Shown here: piece after piece, positions 1 to 9,216 of the stretch
Layout: the number at the start of each line of letters is the position of its first letter
How positions within the stretch are numbered: the stretch's first letter is position 1
Source of the DNA: Sedimentisphaeraceae bacterium JB056
GTDB taxonomy: Bacteria; Planctomycetota; Phycisphaerae; Sedimentisphaerales; Sedimentisphaeraceae
Length of the DNA: 64,000 nt
Direction of reading: 5' to 3'
NCBI GenBank assembly: GCA_044440125.1
Contig: JBITAJ010000027.1
Span: 96,001-160,000 of the forward strand
Translations under genes and position numbers: made by a program
Notes under the pieces: generated by a model
Databases searched by the model: none
Told to the model about the DNA's origin: nothing
What the model saw: only the letters and a program-made list of their open reading frames with translations

Positions 1-1
1 T

Positions 2-646
2 GTAATAGGTATAATAGCAATACTGATGAGCATTCTTATGCCGTCTCTTGCAAAAGCAAGAGCTATGGCTGCGCGTACTCTTTGCGGAAGTAATGCCAGG
101 CAGATATATCTTGCAACGAATATGTATGTTCAAGATAATGATGGCAAATACCCTTGCATTGATGATCCTGTTTCCGGTACTGTCTGGCTTTGGATGGGAA
201 GGGGTTTCAGGCAATTCGTCAAGCCTTACCTTGATAACCAGGAGGGCAGGACTTCTGTGCTTTGCTGTCCGGGGGACAAAACGGCTGATAATAAATATGA
301 AGCTACAAGTTACGCCTATTCGATGACTTTTTATCACAGTCCTGAGCAAATCAACAGTATTACAAGTATAGCAGGGACTTACGGTGCCAAAGCACCGAAA
401 TCTATTGCTCAAAAGGCAGGTTTCGTTTTAAATCCTTCAAAGAAGATAGTTTATGGTGAGTGGTTAAGCAACCATCTGCCTTTAGACAGCGATAGCGGCT
501 GGTGGGTATGGGACGGAACAAGGAATTTTGTACTTGCCGATGGGCACGTTGAATTTGTAAATGCTTCAGATATCAAGGCGGCAAATGACGGTTTGCCCGA
601 CCCGAATCTTACAAAAGATGGCGTTAAAGGTTCCGATTTGAAATAA
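2..646 (+). CDS. Prepilin-type N-terminal cleavage/methylation (DUF1559-like) protein with H-X9-DG-type motif; 5'-truncated by the window edge
   Basis: The frame is open from position 2 (VIGIIAILMSILMPSLAKAR...CGSNARQI) and carries C-terminal NFVLADGHVE; this architecture is typical of planctomycetes. Confidence 0.85.
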   Translation, partial: VIGIIAILMSILMPSLAKARAMAARTLCGSNARQIYLATNMYVQDNDGKYPCIDDPVSGTVWLWMGRGFRQFVKPYLDNQEGRTSVLCCPGDKTADNKYEATSYAYSMTFYHSPEQINSITSIAGTYGAKAPKSIAQKAGFVLNPSKKIVYGEWLSNHLPLDSDSGWWVWDGTRNFVLADGHVEFVNASDIKAANDGLPDPNLTKDGVKGSDLK

Positions 647-807
647 GTTTGTTGAAATTTTCGTCTATAATAATACCATAGTAAATTCAGGCTGATTTTT
701 CCGAACATATATCAGCCGCATTACGTAACTGATTTTGATATAATATTATTAAATAATGTCAGAAACGTAATTTTTTTTATATATAGTTATTATTATAGGT
801 TATAAAA

Positions 808-1683
808 GTGGATAAAGAGAGCGATTTATTTAATGTTAGCGGTTATACTGCAATAGTATGCCTGATGCTTGCATTTTTCTCTTTTCCAGCACTATCAGAG
901 ATTGTCAACGGTGATTTCGAACTAAGTGAGCCCAATGACTTGGGTTCAATACCCACAGGCTGGATAACAGAGAACTATGCAATGGTTCACGATACTTTCA
1001 CACCGGTTTTCGAAAGGGGACAATCTGTTACCTGGAGTTTCCCAGATTCTACTGTAACACCCGCAGAGGGTGAGTCTTTTCTTGTGATATCAACCGGAGA
1101 TATAGGTGTTGATACTGCAAGTACTTACGGTTTGGCTAAGCAGTTATGCACGTTTGAAGAAGGCCAGACTCTTCACGGCAAGTATTTCTTTGGAACGGGT
1201 GACTATCTTGGCTGGAATGATTATGCTGAAATATGGCTGGCTCCTTACGATCCTAATGTTTCTCGTGGCATTACGATTCAAAGTGTTGATGTCAGCATTG
1301 TTGGTGATTACCAGTCTACTGATGGGTGGCAGACTTTTTCGCATACTTTTACGGCTCAGGATGCCGGGGATTATTACATTATTTTCGGCGTTTATGACAA
1401 ACAGGATGCGATATATAAGTCATATCTTATGATAGATGATGTGAAGTGCAGCACTTTGCCTCCCGGCGGCGATTTCAATGCCGATGGAGATGTTAATTAT
1501 GAAGATATAACTACTTTTAACGAAGTTCTTTATCAGGATTGTACAGATCCTAATGCAATATGCACATACACTGATATTAGTGGTAATGAAGTAAGTTATG
1601 ATTATAATCAGGATGGTTTACTGACTCCTGAGGATGTTGTTCCGGTAACTCAGAACTGGTTATGGAATGATGAGTCATATTAG
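808..1683 (+). CDS. Secreted protein with a carbohydrate-binding-like beta-sandwich domain and a C-terminal dockerin/EF-hand-like region
   Basis: Hydrophobic signal (…LAFFSFPALS-EIVNGDFE), GW…IDDV, and GDFNADGDVNYED / DYNQDGLLTPED…NWL repeats; the start codon is uncertain. Confidence 0.6.
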   Translation: MDKESDLFNVSGYTAIVCLMLAFFSFPALSEIVNGDFELSEPNDLGSIPTGWITENYAMVHDTFTPVFERGQSVTWSFPDSTVTPAEGESFLVISTGDIGVDTASTYGLAKQLCTFEEGQTLHGKYFFGTGDYLGWNDYAEIWLAPYDPNVSRGITIQSVDVSIVGDYQSTDGWQTFSHTFTAQDAGDYYIIFGVYDKQDAIYKSYLMIDDVKCSTLPPGGDFNADGDVNYEDITTFNEVLYQDCTDPNAICTYTDISGNEVSYDYNQDGLLTPEDVVPVTQNWLWNDESY

Positions 1684-1929
1684 CATCAAATGTTAAGGTT
1701 TTAGTCTTAGCTTCATAATACATTTCTTTTAAGTTTCTTGGATTGATGGTGTTTTTGTGGTTTCTACTGAAATACACGATTTCAGCTATCTAACTTTATG
1801 CCGTTCTCTGCACTTTCATTGAAGTTATTAGCTGTGCCTTAGATTAATAATATTTGCAAAACGCTTGGTTTAATGGTATATTGAGAACTATATTGTAGAA
1901 TTATTTATATCACTATATGAAAGGTATTT

Positions 1930-2280
1930 GTGATGAATGTTGGAGGATATCCTGTCACAGGCGTTACTTCAGGTACAACTGTTGTTAAGAGAGAATCGGT
2001 AGCGACCAAAGAGTCAATAAAGAGGCTAGCAAAAAAGCTTGATAAAGTTTTGCTGATTAATGAGGCCATGTGGGAGATACTTCGTGATGAGCACGGGTAT
2101 ACTGACGAGAAGCTCAAGAAGAAAATCCGAGAGGTTGATCTGCGCGATGGTGTTGAGGATGGAAAGAACCAGCCACGTGAAGCACTTACCTGCCCAAGTT
2201 GCGGCAGAAACTCATTAAGAAGGAACAGGAACTGCATGTATTGCGGGACCGAAATAAACACTTCATTGTTTTCTGTGTAA
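1930..2280 (+). CDS. Hypothetical protein with a C-terminal zinc ribbon
   Basis: CPSC…CMYC motif, preceded by a helical segment ending in DLRDG. Confidence 0.65.
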   Translation: MMNVGGYPVTGVTSGTTVVKRESVATKESIKRLAKKLDKVLLINEAMWEILRDEHGYTDEKLKKKIREVDLRDGVEDGKNQPREALTCPSCGRNSLRRNRNCMYCGTEINTSLFSV

Positions 2281-2461
2281 AGAGGATGTGTTTTCTCTTT
2301 AAGAACGAACTGTTCAAAAGTTTTTCTAACTTCATAACAAGTTGTTGAAGATTTGCCATAAAAGCCTATACTATAAGGCTGTATTGATTGGGTGAAGTTC
2401 GTCTTGAACTTTGCTTTATGTTATTAGAATTTAAAATGGTTGGCGTTTCGATGTCGATCCT

Positions 2462-3859
2462 ATGGGTATATTTATGGCAGAAGTCGACATAAAAGATCTT
2501 GTTCAGCAGGTTCGCGATCTCCTTGAGACCGGCAGTGATGCTGCGCTCAGAGAGCTTTTTGAAGAGCAGCGAACAAGTGACATAGCAGAGATTGTCGAGT
2601 ATCTTGGTGCAGACGAGGGGTCTCTTGTATTTAACTTCTTGCCTCACGAAGAGGCTGCTGAAGTTTTTGAGAAAATACACGAATCCATTCGTCATGAACT
2701 TTATGATGTTTTGGATAGTGATTATCTCAAGCAGATTATTCTTGAGTTAGACCTTGACGATGCGGCTGATATTTTAAGTGAGCTTCCCGTAGAAGATACG
2801 CAGGAGCTGCTTAAGAATATGGAGCCTGAGGAATCAGCTAAGATTAGAGATCTTATGCGGTATTCTGAGGATTCTGCCGGCGGTATTATGGACCCAGTTC
2901 TGCTTGCTCTTCGTGGTAACCAAACAGTTGCCGAGGCTATCAGGCAGATAAGAGACCATGAAATAGATGAAGACTTTTTTGCTGTTTTTGTTACAGATCG
3001 TGATGGGCGTTATCTTGGTGATGTGAGGATAAGAAGTCTTATTACTTCTAAGCCAGATACTCCGCTTAAAGATCTTATCGAAGAGGATGAGTTTTTTGTC
3101 AGGGTTAGCGATGATCAGGAAGAAATTAGAAATATATTCAGCAAAAATGACCTGATTGTTGTTCCTGTAGTGGATGAGAGCGGATTTCTTGTCGGTAGGA
3201 TTACGGCCGACAGGGTTATTGAGGTTGCAGAAGAAGAGGCTGCGGAAGATATCTATGCTATGGCTGGTACTGATGCCGGTGAGCGTGAATTACCTTCGGC
3301 CTTCAATGCCGCCAGAGTTCGTATGACATGGCTTTTGCCTTGCATGCTTGGTACCGGTATTACAGCGGCTGTTATGCTTACTTTTCAGCGTTCTTTTTCA
3401 GAAGTTTACCTGGTAGCGGCAGCGTTTGCTCCTATGATTGGAGCTATAAGCGGAAATGCAGGCTTGCAGACTTCCGCTATAGTTGTTTGCGGTCTTGCTA
3501 CAGGACACCTTGCAGCGAATAAGATAAGTCAGGTATTCTTAAGAGAGACACGTATTGCGGCTCTTGTTGCGTTGTGTTGTGGTATTGTTGGCGGTGTTAT
3601 CTATTCATTGCTCTCAGGACGTGTAGGGCATGAACTTCCTATGGGAGTTAGTTTGATTCAGACGACAGTTGCTTTTGGACTTTCGATGTTTATGGCGATA
3701 ATAGTGTCTACTACTCTTGGTCTGTCCTTGCCGTTTCTATTCAAGAAAGTTGGTATTGATCCTGCTATAAGTTCAGGTCCGCTTGTCACTACGGCCAACG
3801 ATTCAATAAGCGTAACTATATATATGCTTACTACTTTGTTTTTTATGTCATTGAGTTGA
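2462..3859 (+). CDS. mgtE: Magnesium transporter MgtE
   Basis: Acidic N-domain, YSEDSAGGIM, two CBS domains, SGNAGLQT and IDPAISSGPLVTTAND motifs; may start at 2474. Confidence 0.93.
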   Translation: MGIFMAEVDIKDLVQQVRDLLETGSDAALRELFEEQRTSDIAEIVEYLGADEGSLVFNFLPHEEAAEVFEKIHESIRHELYDVLDSDYLKQIILELDLDDAADILSELPVEDTQELLKNMEPEESAKIRDLMRYSEDSAGGIMDPVLLALRGNQTVAEAIRQIRDHEIDEDFFAVFVTDRDGRYLGDVRIRSLITSKPDTPLKDLIEEDEFFVRVSDDQEEIRNIFSKNDLIVVPVVDESGFLVGRITADRVIEVAEEEAAEDIYAMAGTDAGERELPSAFNAARVRMTWLLPCMLGTGITAAVMLTFQRSFSEVYLVAAAFAPMIGAISGNAGLQTSAIVVCGLATGHLAANKISQVFLRETRIAALVALCCGIVGGVIYSLLSGRVGHELPMGVSLIQTTVAFGLSMFMAIIVSTTLGLSLPFLFKKVGIDPAISSGPLVTTANDSISVTIYMLTTLFFMSLS

Positions 3860-3866
3860 GGAATAA

Positions 3867-4769
3867 ATGCTTCTTGTAACAGGTTCGATAGGAATTGATA
3901 CAGTAGAGACCCCTTTTGGCAAAAGTGAAGATTGTCTTGGCGGTTCTGCTATATATTTTAGTCTTGCAGCGAGTAATTTTTCAGATGTAAGGTTCTTGGG
4001 AGTTGTCGGTGAAGACTGCCCGTTTGATCTCGAAGAGGTCTTTGATGGTAGAAAAGTTGATCTGACAGGTCTGGAGTATCGTAAAGGAAGCCGTACTTTT
4101 CGCTGGCATGGATCATATGCAGGTTCTATGAATGACGCTCAAACGCATCTTACAGAGCTTAATGTTCTTGGTGAGCAGCCTGCAGTTTTTCCTGAATCTT
4201 ATACAGACAGCGAGTATGTTTTTCTTGCCAATACCCATCCTTCAATACAGATAAGCTTGCTTGACAAACTTGAGAATTGTAAGTTTTCTGCAGCTGATAC
4301 GATGAATCTTTGGATAGATACGACCAATGATGAACTCAAAGAGATGATAAGCCGTATTGATATGCTTTTTATTAATGATTCTGAGGCCAGGCTTCTTACC
4401 GGAAAGTATAACCTTGTTTCTGCGTGCGAGGATATTCTTGATATGGGGCCCCAGGTCGTTGTTTTGAAAAAAGGAGAGAATGGTGTTTTTATGGCCGAGA
4501 AAGAGGGCAGCTATTTTGCTCTTCCGGCTTTCCCAACCTCACATGTGAAGGATCCTACAGGTGCGGGTGATTCTTTTGCCGGAGGAGTAATGGGATATAT
4601 AGCTAATGCAGGTAACACGGATATATCGATCATTCGCAATGCACTTGCCTTTGGTACTGCTTGTGCATCATTTACGATAAGCGAATTTTCGACTCTGGGC
4701 CTGCAGAAAGCCGACATGAAGCTTATAGAGGCACGAGTCGAGATGCTTCGAAGCTTCATTAGTTTTTGA
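3867..4769 (+). CDS. PfkB-family carbohydrate kinase
   Basis: GGSA near the N-terminus and the DPTGAGDSFAGG signature. Confidence 0.9.
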   Translation: MLLVTGSIGIDTVETPFGKSEDCLGGSAIYFSLAASNFSDVRFLGVVGEDCPFDLEEVFDGRKVDLTGLEYRKGSRTFRWHGSYAGSMNDAQTHLTELNVLGEQPAVFPESYTDSEYVFLANTHPSIQISLLDKLENCKFSAADTMNLWIDTTNDELKEMISRIDMLFINDSEARLLTGKYNLVSACEDILDMGPQVVVLKKGENGVFMAEKEGSYFALPAFPTSHVKDPTGAGDSFAGGVMGYIANAGNTDISIIRNALAFGTACASFTISEFSTLGLQKADMKLIEARVEMLRSFISF

Positions 4770-4770
4770 A

Positions 4771-4798
4771 TTGACACAAGTTCTTAATTAAATAAACT
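4771..4798 (+). promoter_or_regulatory. Putative sigma70 promoter for the RRM gene and lysA
   Basis: TTGACA-16 nt-TAAACT. Confidence 0.5.
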
Positions 4799-4977
4799 TA
4801 AGATTTTGCTGTCATGCAGTATTAATGTGAGTACGACCGTTTTTAGATGCCGTATTAAAAACTTATGCAAAATGCCCGAGATCCACAGGCATTGATTAGA
4901 AGTGGAGATATTTCCACCGGCATACGGTTGTTACTTTTGAAGATTAGTTTTATATTAACTATGGAGTTAAAATTAGA

Positions 4978-5634
4978 ATGAATGATTTTTTTAAGAAACT
5001 TTGCCCTATAGCGGCAGTGGTATGTTTTGCTTTGTGTTTTGTTGGTGCGATGGGTGTTGTAAAAAACGCACCCGATGATCTTTGGAAAGCAGTTGGATTA
5101 TTCTTTGTTGGAATGTCCATATTTGTTTTGTTTACGCTCTTTGCTCTTCCGGCATTAGGCAGCAGCAAAAACACAGGAGCACCTAAAAAGACTTATAAGA
5201 GCAATTATAATAAAGACTCTAAGGGTAGTGAAAAAGGCCCGAAGTCACCTAAAACTCAAAATACTAAACCAAAGGCTTCAGAGAAGCAGACTGGCGATAA
5301 AATCAAACCAAAAGAGACAATCAGAAGAGATAATGGCGAGCAGATAAATGACGACTCCGGTCCTGTCACTTTATATATCTGCAATTTGTCAACAGATACA
5401 AGTGAACTTGACCTTCGTGAAGAGTTTGGCGTTTTTGGTCTTGTCAAGTCTGTCAGGCTTGTAGCCGACAAGGAGACAGGAGTATCCAAAGGATATGCTT
5501 TTGTCGAGATGGAAAACAAGGTGGAAGCGACGCTTGCAATGGACGATATCAATGGCCAGGAGATTAAGGGGCAGGAAGTGAAAGTATCTTACGCTCGCCG
5601 TAAGAACAGAGGAAGAAGAAACTACAAGAAATAA
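4978..5634 (+). CDS. RRM RNA-binding protein with two N-terminal hydrophobic (TM) segments
   Basis: RNP2 LYICNL and RNP1 KGYAFVEM; hydrophobic stretches at about aa 8-28 and 37-60; Lys-rich linker. Confidence 0.85.
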   Translation: MNDFFKKLCPIAAVVCFALCFVGAMGVVKNAPDDLWKAVGLFFVGMSIFVLFTLFALPALGSSKNTGAPKKTYKSNYNKDSKGSEKGPKSPKTQNTKPKASEKQTGDKIKPKETIRRDNGEQINDDSGPVTLYICNLSTDTSELDLREEFGVFGLVKSVRLVADKETGVSKGYAFVEMENKVEATLAMDDINGQEIKGQEVKVSYARRKNRGRRNYKK

Positions 5635-5681
5635 GAAAGTAATGATTAGATACCGGTTTATGTGCCGGTTATGGAGAAAGA

Positions 5682-6959
5682 ATGGACGGTTTTAATTACA
5701 AGAACGGCGAATTATACGTCGAAAATGTACCTGTAAAAAGAATCGCTGATGAGGTTGGTACTGCTGCTTATATATACAGCAAAGCCACTTTTCTTGATCA
5801 CTTGAATAAGATTCAAGATGCTTACAAGGGCATAGAGACAATAGTATGCTATTCAATAAAGGCTTGCTCGAATATCAATATCCTAAAATTTATGGCTGAG
5901 GCCGGAAGCGGATTTGATATTGTAAGCGGCGGAGAGCTTTTCCGCGCAAAGCAGGCTGATGCTGATATGAGCAAGATAGTTTATGCGGGCGTTGGCAAGA
6001 CAGATAAAGAACTCTGTGAGGCTCTTGATGCAGGAATAGGTTACTTCAATATTGAGAGTGAAGCGGAGCTTGAGAATCTTATTTCCCTTGCAAAGGCTAA
6101 GGGTGTTAAGGCCAAAGCTGCATTGCGTATAAATCCTGATGTTGACCCTAAGACTCATACTTATATCACTACAGGTAAGAAGGAGAGTAAATTCGGTGTT
6201 GATATCGAGAGAGGACGCAATGTTTTCAACACATATAACGGAAACGGAGCGGTTGAACTTTGTGCTGTGCATATCCATCTCGGCTCCGGCGGCAATACGA
6301 TTGATCCGTATGTTGAAGCAATAGAGAAAATACTTCCAGTTATCGATCAGCTTCGCGAAGATGGCCACAATATTGAGGCCCTTGATCTTGGCGGCGGCTA
6401 TGGTGCAGATTATGTATCAGGTTATGGCCCGTCAGCGAAAGATTATGCTGCTGGTATTGTGCCTTTACTTAAAGATAAGGGACTCAAATTGATTCTCGAA
6501 CCTGGTAAGAGTATATGTGCTAATGCAGGCATACTTCTCACAGAGGTTCAGTATCTCAAACAGGGCGGTACAAAGAAGTTTGCGATAGTTGATGCCGGTA
6601 TGAATGATCTTATCAGGCCTCCTCTATACGATGCGTTCCATTTTATCTGGCCTGCTAAGGTTGATCCTTCTCAGGTTCCAACGAAAAGGAATGAGAATCT
6701 TGAGCTTGATGGACTTGAAAAGATGGATGTGGTAGGTCCGATTTGTGAGGGAAGCGATTTCTTTGCACAGGATAGAGACTTGCCGCCTGTTAAGCGTGGG
6801 GATTTGCTGGCTATATTTACCGCAGGTGCTTACGGCTTTACTATGGCAAGCAACTATAATTCAAGACCAACTTTGCCTGAGGTATTAGTTGATGGTGATG
6901 ATTTCAGTGTCATAAGACGCCGTCAGAACTATGAAGACCTTATATCACTTGAAAAATAG
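5682..6959 (+). CDS. lysA: Diaminopimelate decarboxylase
   Basis: YSIKA (PLP lysine), FDIVSGGEL, SKFG, LGGG, EPG, VGPICEGSD and GAYGFTMASNYNSRP. Confidence 0.96.
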   Translation: MDGFNYKNGELYVENVPVKRIADEVGTAAYIYSKATFLDHLNKIQDAYKGIETIVCYSIKACSNINILKFMAEAGSGFDIVSGGELFRAKQADADMSKIVYAGVGKTDKELCEALDAGIGYFNIESEAELENLISLAKAKGVKAKAALRINPDVDPKTHTYITTGKKESKFGVDIERGRNVFNTYNGNGAVELCAVHIHLGSGGNTIDPYVEAIEKILPVIDQLREDGHNIEALDLGGGYGADYVSGYGPSAKDYAAGIVPLLKDKGLKLILEPGKSICANAGILLTEVQYLKQGGTKKFAIVDAGMNDLIRPPLYDAFHFIWPAKVDPSQVPTKRNENLELDGLEKMDVVGPICEGSDFFAQDRDLPPVKRGDLLAIFTAGAYGFTMASNYNSRPTLPEVLVDGDDFSVIRRRQNYEDLISLEK

Positions 6960-6972
6960 ACGATAAAAGATT

Positions 6973-7005
6973 AAAAGAGGCGGATTCAATGTCCGCCTCT
7001 TTTTT
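6973..7005. terminator. Bidirectional intrinsic terminator between lysA and apt
   Basis: AAAAGAGGCGGA-loop-TCCGCCTCTTTTTT. Confidence 0.85.
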
Positions 7006-7017
7006 AGTTTATCGCGA

Positions 7018-7539
7018 TTAATATTCAAGCACTGTGTCGACCTGATAATTGATCAGGTTCTTGCGGCCTTCAAGAGCGGTTAGTTCTATCAGCAGCGATA
7101 TCCCTACAACATTCCCTTTGAGTTGCTCTACAAGATTGCAGGCGGCTTTAAGAGTGCCGCCGGTAGCAAGCAAATCGTCAACGATAAGGACATTTTCACC
7201 TTCTTTTATGGCATCAATATGCATTTCTATCTCATTAATACCGTACTCAAGTGAGTAGCTGTCAGAAACTTTCTTGTATGGGAGTTTGCCTTTTTTGCGT
7301 AATGGTATGAAACCTGCGCCAAGAGATCTGGCTATTGCCGAACCAAATATGAAGCCGCGGGCATCAATGGCTGCTATATGATCTATTTTCTTGTTGATGT
7401 AAGGCTCTGCCATCATATCCAAGACGGTATTGAATGCTTGCGGATTAGCCAAAAGGGGGGTTATGTCTCTGAAAATTATTCCCGGCGTTGGGAAGTCTTC
7501 TATGTCGCGCACCAGCTCTCTGATTTTTTGCAGTTCCAT
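7018..7539 (-). CDS. apt: Adenine phosphoribosyltransferase
   Basis: DFPTPGIIFRDITPLL, ARGFIFG, RKKGKLP and VLIVDDLLATGGT. Confidence 0.96.
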   Translation of the reverse strand: MELQKIRELVRDIEDFPTPGIIFRDITPLLANPQAFNTVLDMMAEPYINKKIDHIAAIDARGFIFGSAIARSLGAGFIPLRKKGKLPYKKVSDSYSLEYGINEIEMHIDAIKEGENVLIVDDLLATGGTLKAACNLVEQLKGNVVGISLLIELTALEGRKNLINYQVDTVLEY

Positions 7540-7672
7540 ACTATTTCCTTAACAAATTTATAGCAAATATGTAATTGATCTTTCTTTCAGTTTGTATTGC
7601 TAAGATCATATATGTCAATAGTATATAAATACTGTATCATTGTCAATTGTATTTGGTTGGGAATTTTGGCGC

Positions 7673-7825
7673 AAAAAAAAGAGCGGTGCTTGGCACCGCT
7701 CCCCAGCTTTTTGAGGCAAAGCTGGTTATTAAGGAGGAGGAGGTCAAATTTTAATATGAGGGATAGTCTGATACGTTTTACGTTCGCTCTCACCTCAACT
7801 GCGGAGGCTTATACACCATCCACGA
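7673..7825 (-). ncRNA. Candidate ~150-nt small RNA with an anti-Shine-Dalgarno (CCUCCUCCUCCUU) tract
   Basis: Own promoter TTTACA-17-TACTAT (7859-7831), several hairpins, and terminator GAGCGGTGC-CAA-GCACCGCTC-T8; no convincing ORF. Confidence 0.6.
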
Positions 7826-7899
7826 ATATAATAGTACCAATATTAGTCCTACTTGTAAAGAAAAAAAACGTTGCATAGCACATTTATATTAAAAAACAG

Positions 7900-8727
7900 T
7901 TATATTTCTTTTCTTCTTTTTCTTGCCGAATCAAGAAAATCGGCGATTGATGCCCGGCTTCTGTCATTTATAGCTGATTTCAGCTCATTAAGCGAGCTTA
8001 TCATCTGGTCTATACCGTCATTGAGATTTTGTGCATTTGACAGGAATATATCTTCCCATATATCCGATGGCCCTGCTGCAATTCTCGTTGCATCTTTAAA
8101 TCCGCTTCCAGCAAAGGATAAATCGACACCTTTTGTGGAGTTTACAAGTGCGGCAGCAGCAGCGTGTGGAAGATGGCTTAGTAAACCATAAAGCTTGTCG
8201 TGCTCATCAGTTGTCATTGTCACTGCAGTACATCCCAATTTAGTCCAGAATGCAGTAAGCTTTTCAAGTCTTTTATCATCAATATCATTGTGGAGGGTTA
8301 TGATGCATTTTGCGTTTTTAAGCATAGAATCGCTTGCATTTTCAAGTCCTGAGTTTTCACTGCCGGCTATTGGGTGCGATCCAATGAATACGTGTTTGTT
8401 TTTGAATATGCTCTGAGCCCACCTTACCGGCATTGTTTTTGTTGAACCAGTATCTGTTACTATGCAGTCTTCCCTAATAGAATCCCGTATCTGGAAATAC
8501 AAGTCCTTAAAAGTGAATATCGGGCTGGCTATTACTACAATGTCGGCGTCTTTCACACATTCAGCTGCGGTTGGAGCAATTTTGTCGCATATATTCAATG
8601 ATACTGCTTTTTTCATGACAGCAGAAGATCTGTCGTAACAGGTTACTGTTACGTCTTTTATGTGTTTTTTTGCCGCAAGTGAAACACTTGCTCCAAGTAA
8701 ACCTGTTCCTATCACTGCCAGATTCAA
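7900..8727 (-). CDS. tyrA: Prephenate/arogenate dehydrogenase
   Basis: VIGTGLLGAS Rossmann motif, TDTGSTK, GSHPIAGSE, HD…SHLPH and GFKDATRIA; start set at TTG 8727, downstream of GGAG and just after the stop of the upstream gene. Confidence 0.9.
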   Translation of the reverse strand: MNLAVIGTGLLGASVSLAAKKHIKDVTVTCYDRSSAVMKKAVSLNICDKIAPTAAECVKDADIVVIASPIFTFKDLYFQIRDSIREDCIVTDTGSTKTMPVRWAQSIFKNKHVFIGSHPIAGSENSGLENASDSMLKNAKCIITLHNDIDDKRLEKLTAFWTKLGCTAVTMTTDEHDKLYGLLSHLPHAAAAALVNSTKGVDLSFAGSGFKDATRIAAGPSDIWEDIFLSNAQNLNDGIDQMISSLNELKSAINDRSRASIADFLDSARKRRKEI

Positions 8728-8728
8728 A

Positions 8729-9199
8729 TTATTTCTCCATTTCCTGAAGGTCCAAAATAAATGCCACCTCGTCACATTGGTCCTGTTTGGGGCAATTAGC
8801 GCAGTCACTCCATACCTTCATGGGAAGCGTTTTTCTATCTACTCTTATAAATCCTGCTTTTTCAAAGAAAATCGGTTCAAGTGTCAAAGCGAATATTCGT
8901 GTTACACCAAGCCTCTTAGCTTTATTAACAGCTTCATTAACCAGCTTTTTTCCTATTCCCTGGCCGCTCATCTCTCTTTTTACAGCTAAAGACTTTACTT
9001 CCGCAAGGTCAGACCACAAGACAGCCATTGCTGCGCAGCCGACAACTTGTTTATTGTCATCCTCTGCGACAATGAAGGTCTGTATATTTTCATAAATACT
9101 TGCCATGGATCTGAACAGCATTCGATCAAACTCAGCAAAATCAGAGATTATCGAGTGTATAGCCTTGGCATCACTAACTTTAGCATTTCTTATAATCAT
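8729..9199 (-). CDS. GNAT amino-acid N-acetyltransferase (short ArgA-like)
   Basis: LAEVKSLAV, GQGIGKKLV, FFEKAGF and the KVWSDCANCPK…CDE tail typical of short N-acetylglutamate synthases. Confidence 0.8.
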   Translation of the reverse strand: MIIRNAKVSDAKAIHSIISDFAEFDRMLFRSMASIYENIQTFIVAEDDNKQVVGCAAMAVLWSDLAEVKSLAVKREMSGQGIGKKLVNEAVNKAKRLGVTRIFALTLEPIFFEKAGFIRVDRKTLPMKVWSDCANCPKQDQCDEVAFILDLQEMEK

Positions 9200-9216
9200 A
9201 TTTAATATTCTCAAAA

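Noticed and set aside
2281..2461. Possible M-box (Mg2+) riboswitch before mgtE
   Set aside because: Only short hairpins are present; no M-box consensus or terminator was recognised
8728..8808. N-terminal extension of tyrA given by the ORF track
   Set aside because: It overlaps the GNAT gene; the Rossmann motif and RBS point to TTG at 8727
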